Shown: one piece after another, positions 58,660-64,000 of the stretch
How positions within the stretch are numbered: the stretch's first letter is position 1
Layout: each line of letters opens with the position of its first letter
Assembly: GCA_963678315.1 (NCBI GenBank)
Contig: OY782781.1
Location: 2,528,001-2,592,000, forward strand
DNA: 64,000 nt
Source: Candidatus Cloacimonadales bacterium
Lineage (GTDB): Bacteria; Cloacimonadota; Cloacimonadia; Cloacimonadales; JAFGVF01
Reading direction: 5' to 3'
The notes under the pieces: model-generated
Databases searched by the model: none
What the model saw: the letters and a program-made list of their open reading frames with translations, nothing else
What the model was told of the DNA's origin: nothing
Made by a program: the position numbers and the translations under genes

Positions 58660-58720
58660 CCTTACTTGCCACCTTGAAAAAAAGCCGATTTTTCAAGGAG
58701 GCGCTTAAGCTAGGAGTTAG
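58660..58720 (-). repeat. Dispersed palindromic repeat family B
   Basis: Reverse complement CTAACTCCTAGCTTAAGCGCCTCCTTGAAAAATCGGC...CAAGGTGGCAAGTAAGG, nearly identical to 39675-39735. Confidence 0.88.
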
Positions 58721-58726
58721 TTAGAA

Positions 58727-59101
58727 GGAGCGTAAGCATCCACCGATAGGTTGAACGAAGTTCATGCTTACGCAAATTATTTCTTTTCGTAGCCAGGGAT
58801 GGCTACAATCCCAAGAATTTTCGTAGTCGTGGACCGTGTCAGGCTAGACTGATGGCTACAATCCCAGTTTCCCTCGGAGTGTAAGCATCCACCGATAGGT
58901 TGAACGAAGTTCATGCTTACGCAAATTATTTCTTTTCGTAGCCAGGGATGGCTACAATCCCAAGACTTTTCGTAGCCATGGACCGTGTCAGGCTAGACTG
59001 ATGGTGATGGCTACAATCCCAGTTTCCCTCGGAGTGTAAGCATCCACCGATAGGTTGAACGAAGTTCATGCTTACGCAAATTATTTCTTTTCGTAGCCAG
59101 G
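58727..59101. repeat. Tandem ~149-bp repeat array, left part (units 1, 2 and start of 3)
   Basis: Units start at 58727, 58876 and 59031 (unit 2 carries an extra TGATGG). Confidence 0.95.
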
Positions 59102-59170
59102 TGTCAAGAGAAGTTTAAAATGTTACACTTTTGGAAGTATAAACTGTTACACTTTGGTTAAAAAAATAAG

Positions 59171-59899
59171 TTAAATTTTACCTTTCATTCTATAGCTATC
59201 ACCATCCATCGTGATTAGCTGTGCATGGTGTAGAAGTCTATCTAATATTGCTGAAGTAATAACATTATCTCCAAAAGCAGATCCCCACTCTTGAAATAGT
59301 TTGTTTGATGTTATAACAATAGATCTAAATTCATATAGTTCGCTAACTAGTTTAAAGAACATACTTGAAGATATTTCCTTTATTGGTAAATAGCCGATTT
59401 CATCAATAATTATTAATTCATTTTTACATAGTTTCTTAATAAACTCTTTCAGGCTTTTCTCATTGGATGCTATTAACATATCATCTAGTAAATCATTAAA
59501 TGTGTAAAATTTTACATTATATCCCTTTTGTATTGCTTCATATCCCAAAGCTAATGCTATATGCGTTTTACCAACTCCAGGAGGTCCCATAAATATCTTA
59601 TTTTCTCTGTTATCTATCCAATCAAAATCCAACCACTCATTGACCATCCTTTTAGTTACACTGTGTTGATATTTATAATCAAACTCTTCAAATGTCTTTA
59701 CTGAAGGGAAATTTGACCTTTTTATTTTTAGCTTAATAGCTGTTTGATTTCTGCTATTAACTTCATTTCTGATAATATACGATAAAAACTGCTGATTAGA
59801 GAGTTCTTTCTCTCTTCCATGCTGTAAATATGATTCAATGTTATTGAGTATATGTCGACACCTTATCCTGAATAAATCTTTCTTTAATTGTTCCATCAT
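59171..59899 (-). CDS. istB: IS21 helper ATPase IstB
   Basis: GPPGVGKTH, IIDEIGY, ITSN, AILDRLLHH. Confidence 0.96.
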   Translation of the reverse strand: MMEQLKKDLFRIRCRHILNNIESYLQHGREKELSNQQFLSYIIRNEVNSRNQTAIKLKIKRSNFPSVKTFEEFDYKYQHSVTKRMVNEWLDFDWIDNRENKIFMGPPGVGKTHIALALGYEAIQKGYNVKFYTFNDLLDDMLIASNEKSLKEFIKKLCKNELIIIDEIGYLPIKEISSSMFFKLVSELYEFRSIVITSNKLFQEWGSAFGDNVITSAILDRLLHHAQLITMDGDSYRMKGKI

Positions 59900-61380
59900 T
59901 TTTTTACCATCCTATCATAATCTGATAAATCTCTTGCTAGTTTTGAACTACTTGTGTTATTATTACTTTGGTTGTTTTGTATATAATCATTTATCTTTAA
60001 TTGCTTTGTGAGAGCTTCAAGAACATTTTCAACTTTGCTTGCGCGTAGTTGTGAAAATGCTAAAGATTGATTAATTACAAAATTCCAGTCAAGACGGTTA
60101 TATTCATTATATAGCCGTCTTATTGCTCTTAATTGTTCTCGTGGGTGACTTGTGTTTTCTTTTAAAATCCTGGTCACAAAAACGTCATAATTTTGATATC
60201 CTTTCAGAAGTTCTAAAACGTCATCCTTTAGAGTTTCTAATTTTTCTGAATAATCAATATAATGTGCTTGATTTATAGTCGGCTTTGACTTTCCATATTT
60301 TACAGAATGACTAGCTACTTGTGCTAGTGTTAAGCTATCTATTATCAAAAGTTTGCTATTTAATTCTTCTACTAAAACTTCTTTTTTTTGATAAATATAA
60401 GGAACTGAATATTTATTACCTTTCCAAGATATTATTCCTTGTTTATCTACTTTTCTCAATACTCTATTGTTTGGTATATAAGTTCTCATTAAATCCTTTT
60501 CAGCTTTAAATACTTCTGTCGGAATTTCTAAAGTTGTGCTATGCTCTCTATTATTTACCATTTCAAACCAATCTTTTGAACGCATTTCTATCTCACTTAA
60601 CCCTGAAAACTTATCTCCATAAAGAAAATCTTCTTTTACTTCTCTTACATGGCGTTCCACAAGTCCTTTAGTTTGAGGGTCATAACCTTCGCATATATAA
60701 TAGTTTAAATTGTGTTTGTTTAGGAACTGTTCAAATAGTTTATTTAACCATACTTCCCTATATTTTTCTCTTATTACAACTAACTTTGTTTGGTCATAAA
60801 CTAATTGCTTTGGTAAGCATCTAAAATAATTAAAACAGGCTTCATGAGCTTGTATAAAATCATTAGTATTATATGGTCTTAATTGGAAATGAGCATACAC
60901 CATTCTTGAGTATGAGATTTTAAAGGCTACAAAATAAACTTTTATCTTTTCACCTGTTGTGAGTAATACTTTTTGTTCTCCCGGATCTACTTGTATCTGT
61001 ACTCCTGGTTCATACGTTACAGGGGTAAAATAACGTCTACAACGAGGCTTTATTGCTTCTTTGAGTTTATTTATGTAATTCGAAAATGCTCGCTCTGATA
61101 TAACTATATCGGGGTATTTCTTTTGGAATTTACGATGAAGTTTGGTTGTGCGTATTCGTGGATATTCCTTAATCCAAAGGCTTAACAACTCTTTATAAGA
61201 CTCTAAAATACTGTTTCGTCTAAAGATATTGCTCTTATATTCTGTATAATCTTTTAACGACATCTTTCTGAACTTCTGCACTGTCGTTGGTGATATAGCT
61301 AATTGCCTAGCTGTTTCTCTTACACTTAAGTTTAAATTCTGACACGATTTTATCTTGTGATACATGCTTTCCTCTATCAT
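59896..61380 (-). CDS. istA: IS21 DDE transposase IstA
   Basis: N-terminal HTH, QVD / YDQ / KGLVER triad, YSVP; start moved to MIEES after GAGG; 4-nt overlap with istB. Confidence 0.95.
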   Translation of the reverse strand: MIEESMYHKIKSCQNLNLSVRETARQLAISPTTVQKFRKMSLKDYTEYKSNIFRRNSILESYKELLSLWIKEYPRIRTTKLHRKFQKKYPDIVISERAFSNYINKLKEAIKPRCRRYFTPVTYEPGVQIQVDPGEQKVLLTTGEKIKVYFVAFKISYSRMVYAHFQLRPYNTNDFIQAHEACFNYFRCLPKQLVYDQTKLVVIREKYREVWLNKLFEQFLNKHNLNYYICEGYDPQTKGLVERHVREVKEDFLYGDKFSGLSEIEMRSKDWFEMVNNREHSTTLEIPTEVFKAEKDLMRTYIPNNRVLRKVDKQGIISWKGNKYSVPYIYQKKEVLVEELNSKLLIIDSLTLAQVASHSVKYGKSKPTINQAHYIDYSEKLETLKDDVLELLKGYQNYDVFVTRILKENTSHPREQLRAIRRLYNEYNRLDWNFVINQSLAFSQLRASKVENVLEALTKQLKINDYIQNNQSNNNTSSSKLARDLSDYDRMVKK

Positions 61381-61460
61381 GGTTATCCTCAAAATTTGTA
61401 TTTTGAGGAGTGTACCATTTTATACTTCCATTACTGTACCACTTTATAATTCTATTAACA

Positions 61461-61830
61461 CCAGGGATGGCTACAATCCCAAGAATTTTCGTCGCCGAGG
61501 ACCGTGTCAGGCTAGACTGATGGCTACAATCCCAGTTTCCCTCGGAGTGTAAGCATCCACCGATAGGTTGAACGAAGTTCATGCTTACGCATAATATTTC
61601 TTTTCGTAGCCAGGGATGGCTACAATCCCAAGAATTTTCGTAGTCGTGGACCGTGTCAGGCTAGACTGATGGCTACAATCCCAGTTTCCCTCGGAGTGTA
61701 AGCATCCACCGATAGGTTGAACGAAGTTCATGCTTACGCAAATTATTTCTTTTCATAGCCAGGGATAGCTACAATCCCAAGACTTTTCGTAGCCATGGAC
61801 CGTGTCAGGCTAGACTGATGGCTACAATCC
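61461..61830. repeat. Tandem ~149-bp repeat array, right part (rest of unit 3, units 4 and 5)
   Basis: Units start at 61544 and 61693; resumes exactly where the left part stops. Confidence 0.95.
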
Positions 61831-61958
61831 TAGAATATTAGCAAGTTAGCGGAGTCTATACAGTTTTAGGATAAAACAGCTTATTAAAGTTATCATAAAT
61901 TAGCTATTGACAGAATTTATATTCATAATATTAAATAACTAAAAACATATATAAATAG

Positions 61959-63965
<2,007 letters not shown>

Positions 63966-64000
63966 TTTTCTTCGAATACATAGCAGGATTACTACAAAAA

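Larger units (their letters stand above)
59102..61460 (-). mobile_element. IS21 family insertion sequence, 2359 bp, 5-bp TSD CCAGG
   Basis: TGT...ACA ends, ~50-bp imperfect IRs with internal repeats (TGTTACAC / TGGTACAC), istA-istB, CCAGG at 59097-59101 and 61461-61465. Confidence 0.95.

Noticed and set aside
58727..59101. tRNA cluster (cloverleaf-like folds, GTTCA)
   Set aside because: Modules are about 45 nt or shorter, and lack a proper D arm, anticodon arm and TTCGA loop in the right spacing.
61307..61582. ORFs 61307-61582 (-) and 61364-61552 (+)
   Set aside because: They cross the IS end and the non-coding repeat; chance frames.
58727..61830. CRISPR array or guide-RNA array
   Set aside because: Sequences between the palindromes are near-identical rather than unique spacers, the period is 149 bp, and no cas or other effector gene is adjacent; the only neighbours are istA/istB inserted into it.
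58727..61830. Array halves as long direct repeats belonging to the IS (composite element)
   Set aside because: The IS has its own TG...CA ends and 5-bp duplication, and the interrupted unit rejoins exactly, so the array was there first.

Overview
AT-rich (roughly 30% GC by eye) bacterial chromosome segment. It most resembles Cloacimonadota or a related FCB-group anaerobe, inferred from the NYPNPFNP...KKMILMK C-terminal sorting domains and gene content. It is mostly housekeeping and envelope genes: TetR-TolC-MFP-RND pump, cysS, rsmD, comEA, ruvX, mltG, ddl, glmS, ligA, a NatAB-like ABC exporter and TldD/E. Notable parts: (1) five ~149-bp hairpin-rich tandem units split by an intact IS21 (59102-61460, 5-bp CCAGG duplication), whose modules recur with other REP-like palindromes in several intergenic regions, forming a modular BIME-like repeat system; (2) a ddl-linked operon of secreted protein, tandem double-FecR protein, outer-membrane barrel and CHASE2 adenylate cyclase, a candidate trans-envelope cAMP signalling system; (3) a stand-alone DRTGG / RsbT-like kinase / degenerate [FeFe]-hydrogenase-like / DRTGG / PHP module; (4) a Rhesus-type ammonium channel; (5) a TMEM260-like (DUF2723) glycosyltransferase beside a protein made only of a sorting domain; (6) a 2098-aa adhesin with an internal ~750-aa block duplication; (7) a probably inactive amidohydrolase coupled to tldE/tldD. 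No rRNA, tRNA or CRISPR array was recognised. All calls come from reading motifs by eye; no searches were run.
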